Shown here piece by piece: positions 1 through 11,400 of a stretch of DNA of 64,000 nucleotides. Source of the DNA: Malacoraja senta. Its lineage: Eukaryota. The DNA lies in contig CM075977.1 in NCBI GenBank assembly GCA_038087875.1, forward strand, positions 111,476,001-111,540,000. Reading direction: 5' to 3'. The translations under genes were made by a program, and so were the position numbers. Position 1 is the stretch's first letter, and the number at the start of each line of letters is the position of its first letter. The notes under the pieces were generated by a model. It was given only the letters and a program-made list of their open reading frames with translations, ran no database searches and had not been told where the DNA came from.

Positions 1-380
1 TTGCCTATTTCCTTCGCTCCATAGATGCTGCTGCACCCGCTGAGTTTCTCCAGCATTTTTGTACCTTCGGCTTAAACACAAGCCGATTAGGGATCTCCGC
101 GGCTTCGAGGTCCAGAATCGGCCGCCTCCTACCGGAGACCGGGGCTTCATGATGTTATGGGCCGCGGGCCGGCGGTCGGAGCTTTTTCTCCGGCGAGGAA
201 TCCCAGACTCCGCGAGGGAAAGTGCACGCTGCCCCCGGAAATGGAAGCTCCGCATACCGCGGCTTCAGGCTGTTATAGTCCGCGGGTCAGCGATCAGAGC
301 AATTCTTCTGGCGACCCCCGGCTCCGCGATCTGAACTATAGGAAGAGATCGGGCAGGCCACACGACAGAAAGTTATAATT

Positions 381-493
381 TCGGCCCGAAACGTTGCCTG
401 TTTCCTTCGCTCCATAGATGCTGCTGCACCCGCTGAGTTTCTCCGGCATTTTTGTGTACCTTCGATTTTCCAGCATCTGCAGTTCCTTCTTTA
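381..493 (+). mobile_element. 5'-truncated short retroposon (Penelope-terminal-repeat/SINE-like family) with 16-bp TSD
   Basis: ACAGAAAGTTATAATT occurs at 365-380 and 494-509. It flanks a copy of the GAGATGCTGC...CAGCATCTGCAGTTCC repeat that recurs at ~1-65, 915-1045, 10550-10640, 21110-21255, 28385-28480, 32490-32710, 40079-40170 and 62460-62550. Confidence 0.7.
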
Positions 494-1296
494 ACAGAAA
501 GTTATAATTGTTTTCTTACCTTACGTCTTTAGTGGGGAACCTGAAGAAAGAGAGCTATAAAGTGCTTGAATCGCTTACATTGGCGATTCGAGCACTATAG
601 CAGAACGGCTCGCTACGCTGGTAGATGTGGACGCCATGACAGAAACCCATTAAAAAAACACCTCATATATTCGATTCCCAAAATGGCGGGAATAAAAATA
701 CCCATGAGCCCACGACCGTACTACAGCTTTTTCGTCGAGTGGTTTAACTTGGCTACTCTAGTATCTTTGCTGGAAACACATGGGACGAAATTGATAATGG
801 GTGGTTGTAAAGGGATTGGGTCAGTGTCTGGGAACTGTATTTCAAGGCCTTCGTATAAACTAAAGAAAGACACAAATAACTGGAGTGACGTTTCGGTTCG
901 AGAACCTTCCTCAGAGTGAAGAAGTTCTCGACTCGAAACGCCACCCATTCCTTCTGTGCAGAGATGCTGCCTGTCCCGCTGAGTTACTCTAGCTTTTGTG
1001 TCGACCTTCGCTTTAAAGCAGTATCTGCAGTTCCTTCTTGCACACTTCACATAAACGATTTCATCGTATCGTACGTTGTTGTCTGATATTTTTGTCGGAC
1101 CTTTCTACAGCTGCAACCTCGTTGAACATATTTAATTTTAGAAATATTATTCGCAATTTTACTTTACAGATCCTTTATTCTGTACGTGCTCAATTGGTGC
1201 ATGTGCAATGAACGACTACCCTCGTGATTGTTGTCGTATAACATCACACGGGAGCAAAATCCGTAATGTATGTCCACAGGGAAGTGATCCTTGAGT

Positions 1297-1303
1297 TATA
1301 AAT
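1297..1303 (+). promoter_or_regulatory. TATA box of GPCR copy 1 (equivalents at 21526-21532 and 32986-32992)
   Basis: TATAAAT starts exactly 81 nt before the exon-1 ATG in copies 1, 2 and 3, inside a conserved upstream block of several hundred bp. Confidence 0.6.
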
Positions 1304-1377
1304 GTTCAGCGGTTTAACCTCCCACTATAACGTCTGTAAGCTTTGTACTGCGTTTCCGAGATCGCTTTGAAGGGGAA

Positions 1378-3076
1378 ATGAGTCGGCTGCTGCACTTGTG
1401 GGTTGAATATTATTATTACCCAATCCTGGCATCAATTGGAGTACCGGATATGTCACTTGACGGCTGAATGTGGGATAGTCTTGACGACATTTGACTGGGA
1501 AACGGTAATATTGAAAATAAAGTGAAAATTGTGTGACAACATGTGCTAAATGCTAGGTTGCACCATGGAACGGGGTTTGGTGAATAAACGTAGTTTATTG
1601 TATGCTTTTAATACATTTGATCGTTTGCCGTTTACTGCGACGTATAGAATTATTCAAGCATTATTGCTGAGTGCAGTAACAGCCAAAGTAAGCTGAGCGA
1701 CAAAGGTTGCATGTGGTTATACCTCGGGTGATTGCACTTCTCGCATCGATGTGTGTTTCCATCTGGTCTCCCTCTTTATGGCTTTAAATTACCTTAATTT
1801 TAACTGTGGACTATCTTCAACGACTGTCGTATTGCGTGCACGTAATCTCGATTACACACCTCCCCTGCAAACGTTGCAAACCCGGAAAGCTAATGCTGAT
1901 CCGAAAGGTGCACCCGATTAACACTAAATTTAGTCTTGTTATTCATACTACACTTCCGTTCAAACAGTTAATTTACAGTTAGGTGGAATGTTTATACGTG
2001 AGCGCAGTATAAGGGATTGCATTCAAACGAAAGGAAATCTCCGTCCATGCCATCGTTTTCACAATTTTAGGAAAGCAAGCAAAATAACAATATATACCCA
2101 CCCATCCCTCAACCCGAAGTACTTCTGTCCACATAATCACCATTGCTTCTTTCTTACTCCCCTAGTGAATCTACTGGCGATTGTGGTCCTGTCCCGAGGA
2201 AAGTGCGATCTCTCCAAATGCATCACTCGTTATCTGGTGGCTATGGCGACGGCGGACCTCACGGTGATTGTCTGCGCAGTGATTTTTAATCGGATTGCCG
2301 TTATTTATTGGCGGAACACAATCCTGTACTTCACTCCTGTGTGCAGGTTTATTCTCTTCCTGTCCGCCGCGGCCGTAGACTGTTCCGTGTGGTTCACGGT
2401 CGCATTCACATTTGATAGGTTTGTGGCCATCTGCAAACAGAATCTGAGATCCAGATACTGTACCGACAAAATCGCGGCGGTGGTTATGGTGACCCTATGT
2501 ACCTTCTGCTGTTTACAGAACGTTCCTTGGCCTTTCGCTTATAATTCTTTGTTGAACCATAATGGTTTACTGTGGGGCTGCAGAATCCGATCGGACTTCT
2601 ATTACCTGCCCGCATGGATCGCATTTTCTTGGACCGAGCCGTTGTTGACCCCTGTGATTCCATTCTGTTTGATTTTGTTCTTTAATGCGCACACGGCGAG
2701 ACGTATTTTAATGACCAATTGGGTCCGCAGGAGGCTCCGCGATCTCAGTCGTGGAGACCCCGAGACGGAAAGCCGTAAACGGTCAATAATTTTACTCTTT
2801 GCAATCTCCAGCAGCTTTATCCTGCTCTGGGTCACAACTGTATATCATTTTGTTTACTATCGATGTGTCATCGGAATTTGGACGCGAGGCTTCACAAACC
2901 CATATACAAAATTTGAAAAAATTGGAGTTCACACTCATTTACACCGTCACCCAGGGGAAGTTCAAAGAGCAGCTCCGTCACGCACTTCAATGACCCGTCG
3001 CGCTAACTGGAAAGTTTGTGAAACTTATCAAATCATTTTTAAAATGACATCAGGTAACAAGTTTTCCAGAGTGTGA
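1378..3076 (+). pseudogene. GPR139-like class A GPCR, copy 1 (probable pseudogene); exon 1 1378-1447, exon 2 from 2166
   Basis: Exon 1 encodes MSRLLHLWVEYYYYPILASIGVP, but the donor reads ATATGT instead of the GTATGT/GTAGGT seen in paralogs. Exon 2 has TM2-TM6 and the FDRF motif. A 29-nt deletion after 2930 removes LLQLLNTCTN of TM7 and shifts the frame; the ancestral frame also stops at TGA ending 2993. Confidence 0.85.
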
Positions 3077-3734
3077 CTTTATGGATCTCTGGTGAAGAGA
3101 GAGCAGTGAACGAAAATCTCACCTATCTTTCCAAAACATTTTTAAAAATGTCACTCCTATTCGGCTAAAACACTAATATCTCCCGAACATGACGGCGTAA
3201 GGGAGTTTAGGCAGCCCCACCGCTCCCCAGAACCATCCCCTGCCCTTTAAAATGAACTCCGCCCGTTTCCCTATTACTCTACTGGTCGGGCGGTCGTCGA
3301 GAAGCCGATGTTAACTTCTACTGCAGCGGACGTCCAGTATCTCCTATTGAAAAAATCCGCGACATCTCTGATTTCCTTTCAACTCAGTGGGCACCCCATT
3401 AGGCTCTAAATGCCACAACCTCTAAGTTCAATAGTCAAGAGAGTGTGATTGTCATATGTCCCAGATAGGACAATGAAATGCTTGCTTGCTGCAGCACGAC
3501 AGAATATGTAAACATAATACGGAACAGGAGATAAAAGTTCAGCACTATAATTATTAGAAGCATCCCGTGATTAATCATGTGGCTGCCCAAGTCACAAATG
3601 TACTTGATGACATTAAAGTAGAGTGCGTCTCCCACATTCCAGCTGCAACATTTAGCTAAATGGGAGATTCATTATATTATTCGAGCTCCCTTTCAACAGA
3701 ACATGTTATTCCCATTTCGGTAGCGATGTTCCAA

Positions 3735-4830
3735 TACCTACCTTCAGCAGTGCTGCAGTTCTGCCAGTGGCCGTGTGTGCGACTTTGGCGCCTTTGAGGG
3801 GGGGGGGGGGGATTAAACTCCAGTTTTCTACCTCTTATCGGAGAGGGATTTCCTCGGGCTACGAGTCGATAAAGAAAAATCGATCGGACGTCCGTTCCCG
3901 ATTTTGTGTAATTGTATAATCAATATCTTTATACTAAATATACACAACAACTTTAGCCACATTTATTGTGTAAAAAATAATAATTTTGATTATATTCAAC
4001 GTAGATGTTTCTAGATTAATTTATGGGAATTAAACATTGAATTCCTTCCATCTGGCATATGTTCATGACAGTGAGATTTAAAAAGCATGTTATATTGTGA
4101 ATTCTTGTGAATATGGGATTAGTTTGTTATTTGGATACTTAGGCTATTTAAAACAATTATCCTTTTCTTAAGAAATTGAATCTACAGGACATTCTTAATG
4201 GGAAAGTAGTGGGCAGAAAGGCATGTCATGCGTGGTTTGAAGAGCAAAAACTTGTACTTTACAATGCCAAAATTGAAAAGTTGAGGAAAAACAAGGTGGA
4301 CAGAGTTGCTTATTGGTTACAATCTGAGGAGTATGATGATGCTATTGATTATGATATGCCAATGTACCAGGTAGCAACTGACCTTCTCCATAAATACTAT
4401 TGCTAGAAATGTAATAGAAATCTATTGCGAGAAATGTAATTTATTTACCTATCTGTTACGGACTTACAGCATATAATACAATAATATTAAAGTTCTGATC
4501 TTGAGAATATCACATTTTTGAATTTTCAAGGCAGTCTGGGTGTTTATTACTATTTCCGTTACAACGGTCAATTTTGTAATTAGCTACAATTAGGTAATTA
4601 ACTACTTATAGGGTTTAATTTCAGGTCATCCAAGTAAGATGTTTTATATTTGTTTCAGAATGCGTCAATCTATAATAACTGAAAATGTAATTCAGTTCTC
4701 TTAATTTTTAAGAAAGTTATGGGCTTTTGACTGTCCTCGATCACAGCTTTTGTTTTAAGTGAATTGAAAAGCAATGGGGAACAAGGTGCTGATTTCTGAG
4801 TATGAAAATGGCCATAACTGTTTTAATACT
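3735..4830. mobile_element. Unclassified, probably DNA-transposon-derived interspersed element (related copy 59595-60385)
   Basis: Shares the start CATAC/CCTAC-CTTCAGCNGNGCTGCAGTTCTGCCA...GAGGGGGGG and AT-rich internal blocks with 59595-60385. It is absent at the equivalent position of units 2 and 3. Confidence 0.45.
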
Positions 4831-5046
4831 GAAGATATGAAAGTGAATTAGCTGTCAAACGTTACGTCTTTTATGCTTTATCTCATGGGATAAATTGCAG
4901 ACTTGGTTTTTAAAATCTCAAAATTTTGTAAAATTGCTAATTTAATGGCGTTTTCGGATTACATTATACTAATTAACTAAGCAGCATATGGAAGTAACGA
5001 GATTTGCTGATGTTCATACTAGCTAGCGTAGCTACACAGTTTATAT

Positions 5047-5333
5047 TTATAGAGGAAGGAGATACTGACAGTCCACGGATTCGACCGCGGTAATGTGCAT
5101 AGATACAATTGATGTGCAGAAGACCTGACGGTTTATATACCTAAAGGGCCGTTCTCCCATGTAGAGATTGGCTCCGCTGTCTCTTTTCTGCTGAATGGAT
5201 ACTGTCTGGTTATATAACCCATTCTTCAAATATTTTACAATATTACACGTCAAATCTGAGCATTCAAATTCAGGAACCAAATGTGGACCAGATTGTCGAG
5301 TCCTGACAGAGCCTCACGACATTCACATAACAC
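5047..5333 (-). pseudogene. Degenerate Ig/TCR V-like segment (IgH-V-like); copies ~24510-24775 and ~35720-35989
   Basis: Minus-strand acceptor CATTTTCTTCCAG|GTGTT. It is followed by QSGPHLVPEFECSDLTC, which has the spacing of VH FR1 QSGPxLVxxxExxxLTC, and later by TSIVSMHITAVESVD (FR3-like). The second Cys and RSS are not recognisable. Confidence 0.4.
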
Positions 5334-6171
5334 CTGGAAGAAAATGACGCGTGGTTCTGTGAGGTATTGTCAGCCTTTTGCCAGTGACACAGGGCGAGTT
5401 ATCTTCCAAGCGGCAAATGTTTATCCTCTGTTCGAAAACGGAAAAATGAAAAACGTACTCGCAGCACAGAAAGTAAACATCGTCCCCTGCATAAACCACA
5501 ATATAAAACAATCCCGCCCCAGCCGTTCCGCTCACCCCCCCTCCCCACCCCCGCCAAGTCTGCAGAGTTCGGCGTTTATTGATGGGTGGTATTGTTTAAT
5601 AGCCCGATGATGGTTATTTGGAAGAAACATCTCCTGAACCTTTAGCAGTTACAATTTTAATGTTCCAGATGGCAGGTGTAAAATGAGAATCTTGGTGGTG
5701 ACGGTCTCTGATGAGCATGGCTGTATTTTACAGACAGCTAACTGCGGTAGGTCACATCGATGGTGGGAATGTCATTATCGGTGATGGATTAGATAGTGTT
5801 CACACTTTTGTCACTCTTAATCGTTCACGTTTTCATACACAGCTGCAATGAGACTTCGAACAGTAATGGAGTTCGATTGTAATGTTAATGCCTGCTTCAT
5901 TATCAATTGTTTTTCAAATGTGCTCCACGAGATGCCGATTTACATGAAACTGTGACTTCGTGAAGGAAGCGGTCGCTTTCGCACAATATTTTCCAGATTC
6001 GTTGTTCGATCGTTTTGACATGCTCTGCAAGGTCCCGTTAAACAGCTCGCAGAGCTCATATTACATATGAATTAAAAGCCCATGACAGACGTATATGACG
6101 TTTTCTCTTGTTATCAATTAAACAAATGGGTAATATTTAAGCTAATATGGTGATCAATCTTTTTATCTCAG

Positions 6172-6540
6172 GAAGTTGCAGGCAGTTCCTTGGAAAAATG
6201 CAGTGACAGAAGAAAGCGAATTTACTGCTCTTAATGGAAAGTGACGAATATTCCCTGAATCGTTGACAACTGTTCATATCAATGTCGATTCAAATTGATT
6301 TGTTCAATGTCCCCTTTGACATTCAAGACTGACGTCAGCCCAGAACCAAGCATCTAAAATTGCTCTCCGAGTGTACCTTTCACAATTGTCTTACAATAGA
6401 TGGACGTTTATCAATATTAAAGATTGTATTCGTTGAATACATTTTAAGTGCTGATTGACGATTAACTATTGGTGTAAATCAGAAGGGAATCCGTCCCGTC
6501 ACGTTCATTCGCTGCTTTGAATCCATAATAACAACCTAGA
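6172..6540 (+). pseudogene. Possible highly degenerate V segment (NAR/TCR-like); copies ~25965-26310 and ~36925-37290
   Basis: Acceptor TTTTTATCTCAG at 6160-6171. Frameshifted motifs AVTE, VHI(N)CRFKLICS, QPRTKHLKLL, DGRLS and NYWCK are present, with Cys codons at 6283 and 6473. CACGTTC, a 23-nt spacer and AACAACC follow. Several frameshifts must be assumed. Confidence 0.3.
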
Positions 6541-6559
6541 GGGCAGTGCGCCTACCACC

Positions 6560-7520
6560 TGAAACATTGACGATTGATTCGGGGCTACCTCCTTCACCCA
6601 CGTAGATGTCCCGGACTTCATTAACGTCACAACCAATTTCCAATTCACTTGGACCATCTCCGAGATCTCCCTACCGTTTCCTAATCTGACCGCCTCCATC
6701 ACAGGAGATAGACTATCGACGGACATCTACTAAAAACCTACTGACTCCCCCATTTACCTAGACGACATTTCTTCCCATCCTGCCTCCTGCCAAGACTCTA
6801 TCCCCTGCACCCAATTCCTCCGTCTGTGCCGCATCTGTCCCTCACTAGGGTCTTCTCGATATCCCACAGCTCCGCTCTTGCTCCCCTTTCCCAGCCGCAA
6901 CAGGGACAGTGTCCCGCAGACCTTATCTTTCACCCCCATCAACCATCGCATACAGCACATAACCCTGCGACATTTCCGCCACATTTACCGGGATCCTATC
7001 ACGAGCCATATCTTCCCATCTTCAACCCAGCAGCTTGCCGCAGAGACCGCTCCCTCCGCAATAACTGGTTCAAACGTCCGTCCGAATAATACCCTCCTCC
7101 CCTCCCCCATCCTAGGTATTATCCCTTGCAACCACGGGAGCTATAGCACCTGTCCTTACACCTCCTCCCTCGAATCCGTCCAAGGACCCAGACAGTCTTT
7201 TTCAGGTGAGACAGAGATTCACTTTCATCTTCTCCAACCTCATCTACTGTATCTGCTGTTCCAGGTTTTGGCTCCTACATATAGGCGATACCAAGCGCAG
7301 GCTCTTCGATCGTTTCGCTGAAAACCTTAGCTCAGTCCGCCTGGAAGTGCCTGATCTCTCGGTTGCCAAACACGTTAATCCCCATCCCATTCCCACACTA
7401 ACCTTTGGCTCCTAGGCCTCCTCCATTGTCAGAGCTTGGCCAAACACAAATAAGAGGAACAACATCTCATATTTCGATTGGACAGCTTACAACCCAGAGG
7501 AATGACCATTGATTTCTCTA
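6560..7520 (+). mobile_element. Penelope-like element fragment (RT C-terminus + GIY-YIG endonuclease)
   Basis: IDD(C)FGATS RT motif, HPASCQDSIP-TQFLRLCRIC thumb region, and SNLIYCICCSRFWLLHIGDTKRRLFDRFAE (GIY-YIG-type). Frameshifted. Confidence 0.8.
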
Positions 7521-7690
7521 ACTTCAAGTAACTTCTGCATTCTCCCTCTCCCCATCCCTACCTTACCTAGGTCGCAGTAGATTCCAAGTTATCTTGTTCT
7601 GTCTCATTGTCTATACCTCGTTCAAAACTAAGAAACAGCTAATAATGTCCCTTTTACTTTATCATTGTTACTTTTTTGCATATATTGGAA

Positions 7691-8058
7691 TCATAGAAAC
7701 ATAGAAAAATAAGTGCAGGAGTAGGCGATTCGGCCATTCGAGCCAGCACCGCCATTCGATAGGATGACTGCTGATCATCTAAATCAGTACCTCATTCCTG
7801 CATTTTCCCCATACCCCTTGATTCCTTTAACTCTAAGAGCAAAATCTTACTCTCTCTTGAAAACATCCAGTGAATTGGCCTCCACTCCCTTCTGTGGCAG
7901 AAAATTCCACAGATTCACAACACTCTGGGTGAAAATGTTTTAACTTATCTCAGCCTTAAATGGGCTCCTCTTATTCTTAAACCGTGACCCCTGGTGTATT
8001 ACTCCCCCAACATCGGGAATTGTTTTCCTGCATCGAGCCTGTCCAATCGTTTAAGAAT
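7691..8058 (-). mobile_element. CR1-type LINE 3' end fragment
   Basis: (CATAGAAA)n tail on the + strand, followed by the GTGCAGGAGTAGGCGATTCGGCC 3'UTR shared with the other CR1 copies. Confidence 0.8.
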
Positions 8059-8138
8059 TTAAGAGTCGCTCCGTATTCCCAAAGTCGGATGCGTTTACTT
8101 TGTATCATCAATTCTTCACACACTATAATGTGTTCCAG

Positions 8139-8480
8139 GTCTGGTTGATTCAGATTCCAGCACCCAAGAGGAGGGTCCGCTCACATATACAGAGGGTCAA
8201 AGCGCCACTTTCACATGTACCTATTCTAAGGAGAAGTATTACTTATACTGGTATCGCCAGTATCCAGGCGGACAGCCGAGTTTGCGGTCCGGCGATACAC
8301 TAACGGTGGCTCTGACCAGAAGGCAGAATTCGCTCGAAATCGTTTTTCGGACGCAGTCCAGCAGTCGGAGAAGAAATATCGATTGACAATCTTGGGACTG
8401 CGTCTGACTGATACGGCAGTTTATTACTGCGCAGTGGATCGCGCAGCGTTGAGAATGGCGGGAATTTTAAGCGCACAGCT
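8139..8480 (+). pseudogene. T-cell receptor alpha/delta-type V segment pseudogene with degenerate 23-spacer RSS
   Basis: Acceptor TGTTCCAG at 8131-8138. Encodes GLVDSDSSTQEEGPLTYTEGQSATFTCTYSKEKYYLYWYRQYPGGQP, then a 1-nt deletion at ~8278, then (E)FAVRRYTNGGSDQKAEFARNRFSDAVQQSEKKYRLTILGLRLTDTAVYYCAV. Heptamer-like CGCAGCG at 8442-8448; nonamer poor; no leader exon found. Confidence 0.9.
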
Positions 8481-11400
8481 GCAATTTCGTGGATGGATGT
8501 CGTTCATTGCGGCTTGGGCAGCTGCCGCGAATCTCACAGGTTATGTGCGGGGAGCAGAAGCAGTAACAGCAGGATTCACACAGTGTCTTGAACCTGTCTA
8601 TTTCTGGTAGTGACTGCCTGCTTTCGGCGAGATATCTGGAGAAACCACTTCTACATTGAAAATAAATTGACGCAAAACTCGTTCATTTAGGAGACCCACT
8701 ACTTCGCAAAAGATAAACGTTCGTCCAATGAGGGAATAAATACTTCTTAAAGTATCTCTCGCTAGAGAAACAGAAAGGAGGCCGATGAGCAAAATAAGAA
8801 TGCAGATGCTTCTAAGTGAACCATGTTCTTGATCTTGCGGTCAAACTCCGCGTTTATTAACTCATGACTACTTCTTGCGAATACAATGTATTCCTGTATC
8901 CACTCGGGTGGCTGTTTTCTTGAAACACACTACTGGCAAATTCATTTCACTGCACCTTCGGGTGCATGTGACGAATAAAATTGACTTTGACTTTGACTTT
9001 GACTTTGACCTTACCGAAGGTTGAGGCCGTTGGTTCTTTACTGTCTAAGTATTATTTTATCCATTTATTAGAGAGTATACATCTATTTAATGAATATCAT
9101 GCTGGATAATTCACTCATCCATTTGTACTTCCGTTCCCAATTCCGTATTCTAACCTAACAATATAACGACGGTTATATCACTGTAGCCGGATATTTTGAT
9201 CAGGTTGAATAATAATTATAAGCTTCCAAAAATGGTAGTAAAACAGCCTAGAGCGTTATAATCGAGATTGGATTGGGAGCCGCCAACGGACGGTTAGCAA
9301 GCAGGTACGGCAGAGTGTGCTCACTCGTCGTCCCAAATGGTCGTCAGAACGGCAGAACAGTGTTTCGTCTGTAACTCGGTGGGCACGACCACGTCTGACA
9401 GCAACAAATTAGATGGGAGTTTGGTAGAAGTGTGTGAACATGCATATTTAACGCAGGCATCGTAAGGCACGGGTAGGTAAATAAACGGACAGAGGATGAG
9501 AACCCCCAATAAAATTTACACCGTCAGCAAGTATTTTGTCTTCCTCTATTGTAAGTCATAATGCGGCTAGTTGCGAATGGTTGTTGATATCACTTCTGCT
9601 GAAGTTCCCACAGTACAGAGCCGATTAACCGAAGTACAAGAAAGTTATGCCCGAATTGTTAACACACTCGCAGTGGGCTCTTTCGGTATTGCGCCCTGAT
9701 CCTCTCACGACATTACAAGGAGATGTGTCATACAATGGAAGGCGTAGAAGAGGCAAACTGGGACTTTCTATGAGGCAGGGAAGTACAGAATGAAACAGTG
9801 GGGAGTCGTGAGGCTTCAAGGAGCAGAGTAGATCGACGCGGTACTGAACTGAGGTATTTTACCGAAATGCGAAATCCTGAGATAAACACAAAAATGCATG
9901 ATTACATTTTATTCCGCAAATGCCCCGGGACCTGCTGACGATCTCCAGAATGATCTGATTTTAAATTCAATTTCCTCCATCCGTCCTTCTTCCTTTCGAA
10001 GGTTCTGCTTGACCACTTGGGTGCACGTGCTGGGTTAGGGCCACATTCAAAACATGCTTCGATTCGGTTGCACAGATTACAACATTAAAACATTAAAACG
10101 AATATGATTCACACAAGGAAAATTAACTAAACCAAAAATACATAAAACAATACATCTTGCAAATCACTGCGATACATAGACTACTGGTGCTCGAATATTG
10201 ATGCAAAATTAAAACGCTGTAGGGACTCCATTAAGACAAACGGCGGCACCGCCTTGGCCGTCTGCATGAGGTCATTTTGTTCCGAATAGCCAGCAACCGG
10301 TCAGTAGAGACGAGTACGCGCGAGTTGACAGATTATAAATGTTAACATAATTAAACGACTGTTAAGACAATAAGATAATGGCAGGATAATTAATTGTAAA
10401 TGCCAGCGTTTGCTTTATTGCATTAATAACCATTAAATAAAAGTGCTTATTCAGAATTCCGAAAACACGATACATTTTTCTCGCAATCATGTGAGTTGCA
10501 TTGTGCTGACAATCCATTTTATGACCCATCGCCCCCGTAAGCCAGGAGTCTGAAGAAGGGTTTCAACCCGAAACGTCACCCATTCATTCGCTCCTGAGAT
10601 GCTGCCTGTCTCGCTGAGTTACTCCAGCATTTTGTGTCTCCGACAAAAGCACAAATGGGCTGCTCTGCTTTAACCTACAAAATGCGCTGCCGTCACTCGA
10701 AAATGCCGTCAGGAACTACGTCAAAAAGGCCCACCGGCGTCCAGCCGATCATGGCCGACGGGTTACGGCACAATTTCTCTCCTCTAGCGGGCTGTCGCTT
10801 TATCTAAGAGTGCACGTTGTGAAATAGTGTCCTGAATAACGGTCAGTGCAAATGTTAAACAGATTCACCATCCTGCGTGCACACTACCGTTAGAATATAA
10901 TGAACGAACATATTCACGACACGAGTAACAACATACGTTTTAGGCAACACAGGTGGACCCGCTGGAGTTTTTATCGAGACTCGGTAAAATGCAGAGCATG
11001 GGGCACATTCAATGGCAACGCAAACAACGTCGCTGTGTAGTGTACATAGGTAGAAATGGCATTGTGGGAAATATAACTACGTGCTGGTCAGCGAATACCA
11101 AGCGTCTGTAAAGTCCTAAGAACCCACAGCCACACACTGGTGTAATGAAAGGTGACTCAGGGTGATGTAGTGTAATCAAAGAGAGGGTCTATTTAATATA
11201 GTGTGTACTTAAAAGAATGATAGCGCCGTATGCAATGTAAAAACGAAAGAGCGATCTGTAAATCCAATGGAGAATCCTCTCTGACAAAAGTGAAGCAAGG
11301 TATATTGAACCACAAGAAGAGATCCATCCGGCATCGATAAACAGTTCTGTTGGACCAACGGCAAAATCAGATCTTAACCTGTGAGGTGAACTCCATGAGA

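Noticed and set aside
8579-8585. CACAGTG heptamer downstream of the TCR V
   Set aside because: No nonamer at 12 or 23 nt, and the paralog reads CACAGCG.
10670-10890. Further V-like relic on the minus strand (GESV..IC, DGSAFC), also ~40200-40420
   Set aside because: No Trp, wrong D-to-C spacing, and too many assumed frameshifts.
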